DNA of 64,000 nucleotides from an uncultured Nitrospiraceae bacterium (GCA_963706325.1 CAVPLT010000003.1:16910-80909), one strand, 5' to 3'. Numbered from the stretch's first letter, positions 43,753 to 54,767 are shown. Numbers and translations are program-made. The notes: generated by a model from the letters alone, not told the origin.

Positions 43753-44920
43753 GTGACGCTCCTACCCAAGGAACTTGGACTTGCATATGCGTCCCCTGCC
43801 CCGGTGCCGTGACGACGTCCAGCGTGCCATGTACGAGCCGCGCCCGTTCTTTCATGCTCAGCAATCCGAGGCGCGGGGAAGTCTGTGCCATCTGCTCGAG
43901 ATCAAACCCGATGCCGTTGTCGCGGATCGAGAGACTGATCAAATCTTCCTCGCAAATCAGTTCAACCTCCACTTCAGTGGCCCGAGCATGACGCGCTACA
44001 TTATTGAGACTTTCCTGTGCGATCCGATAGACACATGTAGCGAGATCGGGGGGTACAGGACTGACGGAATCGTCATGAACATACAATGCCTCCAACCCTG
44101 TACTCGCGGAGAAATCATCCACGAGACGACGCACGGCCTTGGTGAGTCCAAGGTCATCCAGAATAGAAGGGTGGAATCGATAGGCCAGTTGCCGCACGTC
44201 ATCTGAAACCTTGCTCAAACGTCCGGTGATCGACCGAGTCAAATCCCAGATAGCCTTGTAATCGGTCATCTCGTCCTTTTCAATCCGGCGGAGATCCATT
44301 GCCAGCATCGCCAACCGTTGATTCACGTCATCATGCAGGTCACGAGCAATCCGGCGGCGGTCCTCTTCTTGAGCGGTCAGCAGTTGTCCCGCCAGTGCCC
44401 TCAGTTCTTCGCGACTCCCTCGCAGTTCCTCCTGGCTGGCGCGGAGCGAGGTCTCGCTATCGCGAAGCGATCGCTCGGTCTCTCGCCGTTCGCCGATCTC
44501 TTCAAGGAGGGCCTGATTGACCAAGGCCAGTTCACTGGTGCGTTCCTGCACCCGGGTCTCCAATTCGCCATGGGCTCTCCGAAGCGCTTCCTCATTCTTC
44601 CGATGCTGCAAAAAATAGGCAACCGGCCCCCAAATTGCGGTGAGACAAAGCAATCGATTGCTCACGCCAATCCAGAGCGGCACATTCGGGATGGTGGGAC
44701 CCAGGAAAATATCGGATATGGCGAGAACGGAACAGATACTCGCCGCAATCACAGCGGTTCTTCGTCCGGGGAGGGAGAAGGAAAGGACTACCAGACCGCC
44801 GTAGAGCACGCCATTGCCGACGCCAAGAGGAAGATAGAGATCTAAGACATACAGGCCGATACCTAGGATGACTATCGTAAGAAGGAGCCATCTGTGGGAC
44901 GGTAGAGTCATGGGAAGCAA
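43745..44920 (-). CDS. Membrane sensor histidine kinase (HisKA_3, NarX/UhpB-like)
   Basis: N-terminal TM helices; EEDRRRIARDLHD, QESLNNVARH, DNGIGF and LGLLSMKER. Confidence 0.93.
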   Translation of the reverse strand: MLPMTLPSHRWLLLTIVILGIGLYVLDLYLPLGVGNGVLYGGLVVLSFSLPGRRTAVIAASICSVLAISDIFLGPTIPNVPLWIGVSNRLLCLTAIWGPVAYFLQHRKNEEALRRAHGELETRVQERTSELALVNQALLEEIGERRETERSLRDSETSLRASQEELRGSREELRALAGQLLTAQEEDRRRIARDLHDDVNQRLAMLAMDLRRIEKDEMTDYKAIWDLTRSITGRLSKVSDDVRQLAYRFHPSILDDLGLTKAVRRLVDDFSASTGLEALYVHDDSVSPVPPDLATCVYRIAQESLNNVARHARATEVEVELICEEDLISLSIRDNGIGFDLEQMAQTSPRLGLLSMKERARLVHGTLDVVTAPGQGTHMQVQVPWVGASHA

Positions 44921-45242
44921 TTATCCCCTCTTCGCAGAGGATGGGCAAGCCAGCATTTCGTCTTAACGTTGACGGGTCACGACTATGCCGCGCCCAGCTA
45001 TTCTTTTCGGGGGTCCGTCTTTCTGAGGTAAACTTAGAGAAGCATACAACTCCGGCGGGGCTTGCGGTTTCATGGCAGAGAGGAGGACGTCACAATCAAA
45101 AATAAAAGGGATGATCTCCGTGTGATAGGTGTGCTCCATGCAATGTGGGTCCGCCTATTACTGCTTCAGAGGGCGCTTTCGGACGAGCTCATCTTCGCGT
45201 CTAAAATCCCATTCGCCAAACCCAGCAGCGCGAACGCACGTT

Positions 45243-45986
45243 CTAGCGGAGATCGAAGTCTAGTGATCCAGAGACGACTTGCATCCTCTTTTCCATCGTA
45301 AGCCTGCTGTGCCGCAATTTCTCTGTAGGCTTTTGCCCGAGGGAGCTCACGACTAATAAGATGCGCTGTAGCAACCGATCCAGAATCATCCCCTGCTTCA
45401 TCTGTACAAGACCGATACCTTGGAGTGCTATATCTTTCCGGAATGGAGCTTGGATGTGCTGCGCCATTTCAATGGCATGAGTGATGTTTCCAGATTCAGC
45501 TTCTGTGAGAGCGATACGCATTAAGATTGTACTTCGATTGACTTCTGTCGGAATGAGGTGAGCCGTGTTAAGAGCGCCTTGGCGGTCACCGGCAGCCAGT
45601 TGTGCCAACGCAATCGATACCATGGCTGCCGCGCGATCGGTTCCGTCGTCGATTTTGTCGACTGTTTGAAAGGCCGCCTTAATATGATGTGATTTCGCCT
45701 GTACTTCCGCGATCTCGACCAGTATGAGGTTCCTATCATCACGTTTCTTCATTGCTAACACAATGTCCAGCGCATTTTTTGGATTGTTGGTTTTTGCCTC
45801 GGCGACAGCAATGTCTCGCAGCGTATTCACTCGCAAATATTCGTTCCCAATCTCGTCGGCTTCTTGTTCGGCTTCCCTCAGTAGGTTCCCAGCAATGTCC
45901 TGGTCTGCCCTCAGAATTGTACTGGGAACCGATACAAGTACGATGATAGAGAGCGTCAAAAGTGCAACTTTGTTGGCATTGTGCAT
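45243..45986 (-). CDS. Secreted alpha-solenoid repeat protein, probably 3'-truncated
   Basis: Signal peptide; repeated IA.A.A..G....A units; aberrant C-terminus. Confidence 0.65.
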   Translation of the reverse strand: MHNANKVALLTLSIIVLVSVPSTILRADQDIAGNLLREAEQEADEIGNEYLRVNTLRDIAVAEAKTNNPKNALDIVLAMKKRDDRNLILVEIAEVQAKSHHIKAAFQTVDKIDDGTDRAAAMVSIALAQLAAGDRQGALNTAHLIPTEVNRSTILMRIALTEAESGNITHAIEMAQHIQAPFRKDIALQGIGLVQMKQGMILDRLLQRILLVVSSLGQKPTEKLRHSRLTMEKRMQVVSGSLDFDLR

Positions 45987-46439
45987 TTCCGGCCTCTCGT
46001 TCTAGCGTGTCGTTCCGGATCGATCATGCATGACATACACTGGCTTTTGTATCGCAGAATCCGTTCTGTGGCTGAGAATATATCCCAGCCCAGGAGGGGC
46101 ATCATTCTAAGGCGAGTCTGTGATGGGAATCGACCTGAGCATTATGTAGGTCATTCGTGCTCCCATGGAACTAGTAAATGGCGATAACATGCATAGTAAA
46201 GTTACTAGGACAGGATGTCGGAGTAGCGTTAGTGGAGGCCTCTAGCGTATATGGCTCCAGTCAATTCTGATCCGCACCGAGCAATTGAAGAACAGATATT
46301 TCCCAGAAGTGAGGTTCGAAATCGAAGCCACGCTAGGGGGGATCACCACAGGATTTGTTGAATCAAGACTTTTATGTTAGTTACCGCCTGAAGGGATGCA
46401 GCAACCCTGCAGCTTGTTTCTAGATTCAAACGAGCATCA

Positions 46440-46570
46440 ATGCGGTCTTTCTTAAAGCACTCTATCGTTTTCACATTATTCCTGCTCTCGTTCTTTGCAG
46501 GTTCGTGTTGGGCAAGTGATACGGAGACAAATAGGGAGACTGAGGTAGTAAATGCAGGTGTGATTGTGTC
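46440..46570 (+). pseudogene. 5' fragment paralogous to 34254-35204
   Basis: MRSFLKHSIVFTLFLLSFFAGSCWASDTETNRETEVVNAG vs MPFSLKNSFIVLQTLLLSVFALSCWAGDTELYNEIDVTNGG. Confidence 0.75.
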
Positions 46571-46726
46571 ACCACGCTTGGCGTCACGCATCCATCTGCC
46601 TGATCTCTCGCATTTGGCCCTAGATCGTGGTCAGCTTTTACTGATTCCATTAAAGGGTATTGATCCGTAACCCCTGACCCGTCTCAACCGACGGCCCAAC
46701 ATTTGTTCCTGTTTATGCGTGACCCG

Positions 46727-46975
46727 ATGGTGATTGCTCAGAGCAGAAAGCTTCTTCTTGCACTTGCGGTGCTCGGTTTTTTGCGCTGCGCTCCAGAGGT
46801 TCAGTACACAAAACAAGGGGCAACGCAGGAGGAGCTTGACTGGGACCGGTATGAATGTATTTCTCCTCGGGGAGCAAGAATGGATCGTCCCATGCCCGAT
46901 TCCAATCAACTCGATCGGTGCTTAGCGGCCAAAGGATGGCGGAGAGCCAGTACCAATTCTCGGTCAGCGCACTGA
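46727..46975 (+). CDS. Small putative lipoprotein
   Basis: Signal + C, KQGATQEELDWDRYEC...DRCLAAKGW. Confidence 0.6.
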   Translation: MVIAQSRKLLLALAVLGFLRCAPEVQYTKQGATQEELDWDRYECISPRGARMDRPMPDSNQLDRCLAAKGWRRASTNSRSAH

Positions 46976-47786
46976 TGGGCCGAAAGAGAAAGGTGACATG
47001 GGAGATTTAAGCCCAAGCACTCAAGCAGTCCTGGGCCCCGTGATCGTTCTTGCCGTGGTCGTTGTGATCATCTTCGTGGTGCTGAAAGTCAACGCATTCA
47101 TTCAACGAATCTGGCGAGAGTAACGTCTGAAATTGCACTCGGCGACAGAGTGCACCATACGATTGGTATTCAGTTATCGCACCGCCCTGGTTTTTTGGCG
47201 ATCTCTTGTCGTTCCGTCCAAGTGTTCGAGCAAGTCTACCTGTAATGATGGAGCTCTTATGCGTCACCTCCATACAACCGTAGTTACTGAGCCATGGTTG
47301 CAGCAGGCTACGCCAGGTCCACCTACAGAGCATTCACTCTCCGTATTCATCCTCGGACGGCAGGGTGACGCGCTTTGGGCCGATATCTGCACCTAAGACT
47401 TCCCACTAGGATTCGCATCATCAGGTAGAACAAGACATCCGGATTGAGAGAGGGCAATGGAGATACCGCCAGATGGATCTCGCCGCTGTCACCAGCCCTG
47501 CGGCCAGTGCTAAGATTCCAGTGGTTATTCCAATCACATGAGTGTTCCCGCCTTTTCGTCACTCGACATATAGGAGTGACCATAGGTCGTGCCCCGAGCG
47601 ACGGTTTTGCGCCAAGCTATTGGAGGTGTAGAAAGCGCTGCTTTCAGGCGAGCCTCTCAAAGGCTCTCGTGTCATTTTGAAAGGGTCTCGTCCGCAGGTA
47701 CTAAACAGACTGCCTATTTGGTCAGAGCATTAACCTTACGGATAAGAGGTCCGCATCCGTGCGCGACGTGAACCTAAGGAGCAACA

Positions 47787-49046
47787 GTGCCGCCCACGAG
47801 TATACAAGTAATCGGAACCGTCCTGTTTGCCGTCGCGATCCTGCACACGTTCGCCACCTCATTCTTCGAACACCTCGCCCATCGTCGTCCTACACATGCA
47901 GCGATCTGGCATCTCTTGGGCGAAGTCGAAGTTGTCTTCGGCTTCTGGGCCTTCATACTCGTGATGGCCATGTTTGTGACTGATGGCCCGGTGGCAGCCA
48001 CGCACTATCTCGACTCCCGCAACTTCACGGAGCCGATGTTTGTGTTTGTGGTCATGGTCATTGCGGGGACGCGTCCCATCCTGCACATCGCGCGATTCTC
48101 GGTTCACCTCCTGAGCGGAGCTCTTCCTCTCGCTGGGCCAATCGCGTTTTATTTTGTGGTCCTGACCCTCGTGCCTCTATTAGGTTCCTTCATCACGGAA
48201 CCTGCCGCGATGACGCTGGCCGCGATTCTTTTGCGAGACCGATTTTTTCGACAGGGCCTTTCCAGCCCTCTGAAGTACGCGACGCTGGGTGTGCTGCTGG
48301 TTAACATTTCGATCGGTGGGACACTCACGCCATTTGCTGCACCGCCCGTCCTGATGGTGGCCGGTACATGGGGATGGGACCTAAGCTTTATGATATGGGC
48401 GTTTGGCTGGAAAGCGATGATTGCCGTGTTGGTCAATGCATTGATCGTCACCTTGCTGTTTCGAAAGGAACTACGCGCGTTGCCCTCAGATGTCGAGTCC
48501 ATGAATGCTGTGAAGCCGCCAATCAGCATCATTGCTTTCCATATATTGCTGCTTATTGGGGTCGTCGTGTTTGCTCATCATCCGAGGATGTTTGTGGGGA
48601 TTTTCCTGCTATTCCTTGGTGTGACGCAGGCCTATGAGCGCCATCAGGATCAGTTAATGATTCGAGCGGGTCTGCTGGTGGCACTCTTTCTGGCCGGTCT
48701 GGTCGTCTTGGGTGGACAGCAACAGTGGTGGCTTCAACCCTTCTTGATCGGAATGAGCCAGGAGGCAGTCTTTTTCGGCGCCACGATCCTGACGGCATTT
48801 ACTGACAATGCGGCGCTGACCTACTTGGGGTCCCTGGTCGAAGGACTCTCGGAGGGATTTAAGTATGCGTTGGTTGCCGGTGCCGTGACGGGTGGCGGTC
48901 TTACGGTCATAGCGAATGCACCGAATCCCGCCGGCTTGGCAATCCTCAGGGGACAATTCGAGGACGAGGCCATTCATCCCACCCGATTATTTCTCGCCGC
49001 CCTGCCACCGACGGTCTTCGCAGCTCTGGCCTTTCGTTTTTTATAA
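47787..49046 (+). CDS. Putative Na+/H+ antiporter (DUF1504 family)
   Basis: HLLGEVEVVFGFW, GSFITEPAAMT, NISIGGTLTPFAAPPVLMVA and AGAVTGGGLTVIANAPNPAG. Confidence 0.92.
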   Translation: MPPTSIQVIGTVLFAVAILHTFATSFFEHLAHRRPTHAAIWHLLGEVEVVFGFWAFILVMAMFVTDGPVAATHYLDSRNFTEPMFVFVVMVIAGTRPILHIARFSVHLLSGALPLAGPIAFYFVVLTLVPLLGSFITEPAAMTLAAILLRDRFFRQGLSSPLKYATLGVLLVNISIGGTLTPFAAPPVLMVAGTWGWDLSFMIWAFGWKAMIAVLVNALIVTLLFRKELRALPSDVESMNAVKPPISIIAFHILLLIGVVVFAHHPRMFVGIFLLFLGVTQAYERHQDQLMIRAGLLVALFLAGLVVLGGQQQWWLQPFLIGMSQEAVFFGATILTAFTDNAALTYLGSLVEGLSEGFKYALVAGAVTGGGLTVIANAPNPAGLAILRGQFEDEAIHPTRLFLAALPPTVFAALAFRFL

Positions 49047-49832
49047 ATATTCCTCCGATTAGCCGTCGCTAAAATTTAAGATCCGAAGGTGCATCAGTCA
49101 TCGCGCTCTGTAACTCGGTGAGAGCAGCGCACTCATTGCTGTCCGGGGCGCGCAAGTTTTTTCTTTGCCGCTTTTTTACGGTGCCAGGCGGTCGATCGAC
49201 AGGTTGAACTTTCAAAGCAATATATCGAACTCGTCCTCTGATGACTGATATCGGCGCCACAAGTCGCGCAAGACCGGAAGCGCCGCATGACCATCAACAA
49301 TCACGTTAAGGGGGAAATGATGCCATCACTGAGGGAGCGTTTCAGGGTCATGGCGTATCTCTCGCTCATCCATATCTAAGCTTACCTCGTTACGGGGACG
49401 GAACTGCGGTGGGCCGGTCCAGATAGTCGGCCCAGGCTTCCTTTTTCCGCCAGGTACCGCGACCCGTTGATATTGAGGCGTGGGCGCAAGTGCGTGAAGC
49501 CCAATCCGAGCAGGTCTCTCGGCGGTCACCTAACGGCTGCCTCGGTGGTTGCGTGTGCGGCCCCGTCCACCGCATAAATGTTGTGAACATTTCAGGGCGA
49601 ACGATTGTTATCGTACGACCAGCGGCCGAGACAAAACTGGTCACTATTGCTCAGCGGCAGAGCTCTGTGCGGAGCATTATGCTGACAGCGGTGGGGTGGT
49701 TCGGTTCCTGTCCGGCTGTGCACACGTTGCGTCAAGCAGCTCCAGCCACTTGTTGGCGGACCTGACATAAACAAAGATTTGCCACCATCCGTGGTCGCAC
49801 TGACTTTTTAACGTCCTCGAAAGGCCATTATC

Positions 49833-50336
49833 ATGATTATGCTCATCACTCAGCACCATGAACTCGGAGAACAACTAAGCGAGGCTCTCAAGCACAGAGG
49901 CCACCAGGTCGCGATCCCTGCGCATCGAGAGAACATGCTCAGCATGCTCGAGGACGCTCAGCCCAGCCTTATCATCCTGGATCTCCAAGTATCCGAGCCC
50001 AGTGGAACCGAGGATTTGGGAATGATTCGTGCCCGTGGCTATGTGGGGAAATTCATTGTCTTATCGACGCAGTCCATGATGTCGGTCCTCAGTGAGACAT
50101 ACGCCAGTGGCGTGGATCGTGTTGTGCAAGCCCCTATCATGATCAACGGACGGTACGACCTGGGGCCGCTGCTATCCACGGTTCAGTTGTGCCTTCAGGA
50201 CCCCGCTGTGCGCGCACGCCGAGCCGATCACGGCGCCGTCGCACGACGTGCCTATGAATTGTACGAGGCTGACGGCCGTCACGATGGCTCCCATCTGCAG
50301 GATTGGCTCCAGGCGGAACGAGAGGTCATGCGATAG
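49833..50336 (+). CDS. Atypical receiver domain fused to DUF2934
   Basis: PSLIILDL; C-terminal VARRAYELYEADGR.DG..LQDWLQAERE. Confidence 0.8.
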   Translation: MIMLITQHHELGEQLSEALKHRGHQVAIPAHRENMLSMLEDAQPSLIILDLQVSEPSGTEDLGMIRARGYVGKFIVLSTQSMMSVLSETYASGVDRVVQAPIMINGRYDLGPLLSTVQLCLQDPAVRARRADHGAVARRAYELYEADGRHDGSHLQDWLQAEREVMR

Positions 50337-50452
50337 CACTGGGGCCTAAGGTTGATAGGCAGAACCTTCGGGCACCTCGTTCGACGAGAGGGGGCAAACA
50401 GGTCGGTCACGCATCGGCCACGACGTGAGTCCTTCTCCAAAGTTGGTACACC

Positions 50453-50650
50453 ATGACGACCCTGGCAGGCATGCAGCAATTTCTATCGCAAGACCTGTGG
50501 CGAATCGACTCCTCGGCCCTCTCTTTGCCCCGCCGCATCGGCATGCATGGGCTCGCGATTGCGGTGGCAATGGAGTTCCGTCACCGCTTGCTCGACGCCC
50601 GGGCTGCCGGTCTGGTCTATACGACCCTTCTCTCGCTGGTGCCATTTCTG
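50453..50650 (+). pseudogene. YihY/BrkB family N-terminal fragment
   Basis: LLDARAAGLVYTTLLSLVPFL, then truncation. Confidence 0.8.
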
Positions 50651-50907
50651 TTCATCGACAATCATCTTCAGGTGCTCCACATGGCGTATCACCAATGGAA
50701 GACGAAGCACAAAACGGATTAGGCCAAGCCCTCGGGCCTCGTGACGCGAGGCCTACCCTCGTAGTGGGCTCCTACTAGACAAGCGCCACGTCTATCAACT
50801 CGATGATATTCCCGTTAATTGTGCATTGGGAAACCAGGAACTGGCTTAGGCAAAACCGGCCGGTTGTCGAGAATAAGCGTGAGGAGGTATGATTCGAATC
50901 ACTCACT

Positions 50908-51870
50908 GTGGCGCAACATAAGAAACAGCATTTTGTCCCTGCTTGTTATCTCAAGGCGTGGTGCGATCCTAATGCACCTAGACACCATACTCCTTTTGTT
51001 TGGATTTTTGATAAAGACGGCAGTAATCCCCGTCGGAAGGGACCGGAAAATATTTTTCATGAAAGGGATATGTATACAATCCAGACTAAGGATGGAAGAC
51101 GGAATCTAACCCTTGAGCATGGACTGCAAGAGCTTGAGGCTCAATTCTCGCGCATTCGTAAGAAGAAGCTCGAACAGGACCGCCCTTTAGACCAAACCGA
51201 ACATTTCATGCTATGTGCTTTTATTGCGGCCTTAAATTTTCGAACGCCTGCGATGCGTGAGCATCATCGCGAACAGTGGGAGAGGCCATTACGCAAGATG
51301 GAACAGATGATGGAGTGGGCTGAGACTGCCACTGATGAAGAAAAACGTCAGGCAGCAGTTTTCTTGCCGTCTTCAATGTCTGACGAAGGTCTAAGCTATG
51401 AAGAGGTGAAAGCGCTCCACAAGAATCCCACGCAAAGTATGATAGGGACTGTTGTCGAAATGGTGACTCCGATGTTGGCGATGTTAGACATGGCTGTCTT
51501 TAGGTCTTCCGACGAAAACCTACCTTTTATAACATCCGACCATCCATGCGTTTGGTATGATTCAGCGGCATACAGGTGGCCTCCGCTTTATCGCTCTGCA
51601 GAGCTTGGGTCCAAAACGATAGAGGTAACCCTTCCCATTTCTCCTCGCCAAATTATTTGCCTTAATCGAATGAGAGTAGCGGGATACCGCGATGCCAGTA
51701 CGGCAGTTGTGGATGAGTTCAACCGGCGTACTAGATTTCAGGCAGACAAGCATTTTGTCGTTAACAGAAACGAGACGAAGCAGTTCTGGTTCGATCCCGG
51801 TGTTGAACCTGAAGACTCATGGGAGAAAGTGCGTGCACGAAACAAGACCGACAATGAAAGCAGCTTATAA
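50908..51870 (+). CDS. DUF4238 domain protein
   Basis: KKQHFVPACYLKAW, LPFITSDHP and LPISPR; lower GC. Confidence 0.9.
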   Translation: MAQHKKQHFVPACYLKAWCDPNAPRHHTPFVWIFDKDGSNPRRKGPENIFHERDMYTIQTKDGRRNLTLEHGLQELEAQFSRIRKKKLEQDRPLDQTEHFMLCAFIAALNFRTPAMREHHREQWERPLRKMEQMMEWAETATDEEKRQAAVFLPSSMSDEGLSYEEVKALHKNPTQSMIGTVVEMVTPMLAMLDMAVFRSSDENLPFITSDHPCVWYDSAAYRWPPLYRSAELGSKTIEVTLPISPRQIICLNRMRVAGYRDASTAVVDEFNRRTRFQADKHFVVNRNETKQFWFDPGVEPEDSWEKVRARNKTDNESSL

Positions 51871-52016
51871 ATAAATCGTCAGTTCGACGAGTAGCCACTA
51901 GCCTCTTCTTCTAATGAGGCTGAACTAGTCCTTAAACTAGCTACCTTAACTAACTTTTCCGCGAAGAAGCAGCTTCGCCACCACGGCAGACACGCGATTT
52001 TCATTTGATCGGGCAT

Positions 52017-52721
52017 CTATTGCGCTCCCACTGCCCCTGCTATAGCGCGAGACCTGGTCCACATGAAAAACCCGACGCTGAGCATCCAGACAAGCAGGAG
52101 CATGCTCGACGGCATACTGACCGCCATCGCCATTCCCGAGAAACCCGTATGTGCCATCAGCACACCCGCCCCTACCAGCGGGAGTCCACCCGCAAGCCCC
52201 AAGACGCCGAGCCATATCGCATAGCGGCGGTCAACCATGATTGCGATCCCATAAACTGCTACCGTGATGCCGAACAGCATGCTCCCGAAGGCAGCCAAGC
52301 CTATCTCAACCTGCCTCACTGCAAAGGCTGTTTGAAACACAACCGTCTTTTCACTCTCCGGTGCCGCCACCCAGGTATCGACCATGACCTTCAACGCGAC
52401 TCCATCAACCGCTCGAAGGGCTGAAGTCACAGCCACACTACCGATCGCGCCGGCAATCCCCAGATAAGCCCAATGCGCAGCAGGTCCATTGGCCATCGTC
52501 CGAGATAGGAGGACTAATGCGCCTACCATGAATACGACACCGAAGAATTGTGTGAAATGCGTTCCTACCCAAAAATAATTGGCGGCATATTCAGCAAACG
52601 CCTCAGGGGCATCATTCGGATCTGCCTTCGACGGGTGAAGATACGTTGCGACGGCTAGGAGGAGCGCCCCGCTGATCGCACCAATCGCGCCGATGCGACT
52701 CTCACCATGCTCTTGACCCAT
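52017..52721 (-). CDS. Multi-pass membrane protein (DUF4386-like)
   Basis: YLHP...WVGTH...AVDGVALK; about six hydrophobic segments. Confidence 0.75.
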   Translation of the reverse strand: MGQEHGESRIGAIGAISGALLLAVATYLHPSKADPNDAPEAFAEYAANYFWVGTHFTQFFGVVFMVGALVLLSRTMANGPAAHWAYLGIAGAIGSVAVTSALRAVDGVALKVMVDTWVAAPESEKTVVFQTAFAVRQVEIGLAAFGSMLFGITVAVYGIAIMVDRRYAIWLGVLGLAGGLPLVGAGVLMAHTGFSGMAMAVSMPSSMLLLVWMLSVGFFMWTRSRAIAGAVGAQ

Positions 52722-52724
52722 CGA

Positions 52725-53153
52725 CTAGCCTCCCCTGGACGTTTTTTGCAGCTCATTCCGGCTAGGACGATAAAGGCTCATCACCCACACCCCCAGCGGC
52801 ACGTCAACGCTGGCGCAAAACAGTGGCCACCAGGAGGGGACACCTGGGTTCGGAATGATCACAGGGTGGACGAGGTCAAAAAGGCCGTGCGCAGCAATGA
52901 CGGCCCCGGCGAGCAGTGGGACACGCGAAGATCCGAAAACGCCAATCGCCGAGAAGGCAACGGCAACAGCCGATTCCCAGAAGAGCGCGTGACGTGAATC
53001 TCCTAGAATAGCGAAGAGGATATAATAGGACGCGATAATGATGAGAATGGTTGGATAGAAACTGCGGTCCTGCTCAAATCGTGTGACCCTGCCAAAAGCG
53101 GCAATCCCAACCGCAAGGAGGACTCCCGCTATGAAAGGAATTAATTCCATCAC
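52725..53153 (-). CDS. Membrane hypothetical protein
   Basis: DRSFYPTILIIIASYYILFA...AAHGLFDLVH...NPGVPSWWPLFC. Confidence 0.8.
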   Translation of the reverse strand: MMELIPFIAGVLLAVGIAAFGRVTRFEQDRSFYPTILIIIASYYILFAILGDSRHALFWESAVAVAFSAIGVFGSSRVPLLAGAVIAAHGLFDLVHPVIIPNPGVPSWWPLFCASVDVPLGVWVMSLYRPSRNELQKTSRGG

Positions 53154-53221
53154 CTAGGTAAAGCGGCGCTAATCTGCCTAGGACAGCGAAGCGACCAGGC
53201 ATATGGTGCAGCGTCCTAGCG

Positions 53222-53407
53222 TTACTTGCTCTTAGGCAGAATGCCCTTCCGCTCCAGCTCCTGAATCCTGATCCTCGCTAACTCGATCAGAAATTCCTTC
53301 ACGGTCTTGCCTTCGTGAGCAGCCGCCATTTTGACCATCCGCATCAGGTCGCGGGGGATGTCGCGAAAATTCCATGCGCCAGTGCCTTCTGGTGGGGTGC
53401 GTACCAT
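53222..53407 (-). CDS. Small ribbon-helix-helix-like regulator divergent from the integrase
   Basis: WNFRDIPRDLMRMVKMAAAHEGKTVKEFLIELA strand-helix-helix pattern. Confidence 0.75.
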   Translation of the reverse strand: MVRTPPEGTGAWNFRDIPRDLMRMVKMAAAHEGKTVKEFLIELARIRIQELERKGILPKSK

Positions 53408-53440
53408 AGTGGCCGGAGCCTAGCACCGTTCAGACCCTGC

Positions 53441-53510
53441 GTCAAACGTCACTTGACAGGCATGACTATCATATGATATTTAGCTCACATTACCACAGAC
53501 AGGAGGGGCA
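53441..53510 (+). promoter_or_regulatory. Divergent promoter region of integrase/RHH
   Basis: TTGACA at 53453-53458 with an inverted GTCAA just upstream; AT-rich -10-like segment; AGGAGG RBS. Confidence 0.5.
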
Positions 53511-53513
53511 GCC

Positions 53514-54767
53514 ATGGCTCGAGCGGGACGAAAGGATCGCGGGTTGTTCGCGAAGAAGGATGCGGCGGGCCGACTCCGGTGGTTTGTCCGCCTCTGGCAC
53601 GAGCGGAAGGATCGGCAATTCGGCTCGTTCAATTCCAAAACCGAGGCGCGGGAGTTTTATGAAAAGGCTAAACAGGAGCAGCAGCTGGGACTCTTCTTTC
53701 CCGAACGGTACCAGCGGTGCGGGTTTGCCAAACTGGACGAGGTCTTGAAGGAATATCTCGCAGGCTTTAGGGGGAAGACGAAGCGGGACGAAATACGCTT
53801 CAGCCGCAAATGGACCATCCTCTTTCCAGGCGCAGGACTAAACGCACTGACGACAGCCACACTCGAACGGGCTCGGACGTTGCTCACCGAGGAAGGTCGA
53901 ACGCCGCAAACGGTGAATCGCTACATGGCCTTCCTCCGCCAAGTGCTGAACAAGGCGGTTCGGGATGGGAAGATCGCCACTAATCCGGTGAGCCGCCTGA
54001 AGATGGTACGGGAGTTCGCAGGGAAAACACGTTTCCTGACACCTGACGAAGAGCAGCGGGTCTGCGAGGCGTTGGGGCCAGAGTATGCCGTCTGGGTCCG
54101 AATCGCCCTTCTAACCGGCATGCGGCAACTGGAGCAGTTCAGCTTGCGCTGGACGGACGTCGATCTGATGCGCGGGCTGATTACTCTGCCGGAGACGAAA
54201 ACCGGCGGGGTGCAGTACGTCCGGCTGAACGAGGAAGCGAGCCTGATCTTCCGCACGCTCCATGAGAAGGCGCTCAAGACGCAGGCGGTTGCCGAGGCCG
54301 AAGCGATCGCGCAGGACAAAGTGGGAGGAAGCCCCTGGTCAGAATGGGTGTTTCCGAGTAAGAATCCGACCACGCATGTCGATCCCCGGAATTTTTACCG
54401 GCGGGTCTACGTGCCGAAAGTCCTGGCACTCGGGCTTCAAGGGGTGACCTGGCATGCACTCCGGCATACGTTCGCTTCTCGCTTGGCGATGTCGGGGGCG
54501 ACTGAAGGCACGATCGCGGCTCTGCTACGCCATAGCGGCACGACGCTGGTGAAGCGGTACGCGCACTTGAGCCCATCGCATCTGCAGCAGGAGATCGAAA
54601 AACTCTCGTCCTTTGGCAAAGGCACGCCACCGCCGAAGTTTCAACACGAGGGGCCAAAGGAGGGCCCGGCGGCGGCGAAGGAACCCAGGATGGGGACCGA
54701 AACGGATGATTCAGGGCGGACGGGCTCGTTTCCAACCGTGAGTGAAACCGTGACCTATCCACGGTGA
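53514..54767 (+). CDS. Tyrosine recombinase/integrase (family A), intact
   Basis: Catalytic R (TGMR), K (TKTG), HxxR (HALRH), H (LRHS) and Y (KRY) all present; N-terminal arm-binding-like region. Confidence 0.95.
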   Translation: MARAGRKDRGLFAKKDAAGRLRWFVRLWHERKDRQFGSFNSKTEAREFYEKAKQEQQLGLFFPERYQRCGFAKLDEVLKEYLAGFRGKTKRDEIRFSRKWTILFPGAGLNALTTATLERARTLLTEEGRTPQTVNRYMAFLRQVLNKAVRDGKIATNPVSRLKMVREFAGKTRFLTPDEEQRVCEALGPEYAVWVRIALLTGMRQLEQFSLRWTDVDLMRGLITLPETKTGGVQYVRLNEEASLIFRTLHEKALKTQAVAEAEAIAQDKVGGSPWSEWVFPSKNPTTHVDPRNFYRRVYVPKVLALGLQGVTWHALRHTFASRLAMSGATEGTIAALLRHSGTTLVKRYAHLSPSHLQQEIEKLSSFGKGTPPPKFQHEGPKEGPAAAKEPRMGTETDDSGRTGSFPTVSETVTYPR

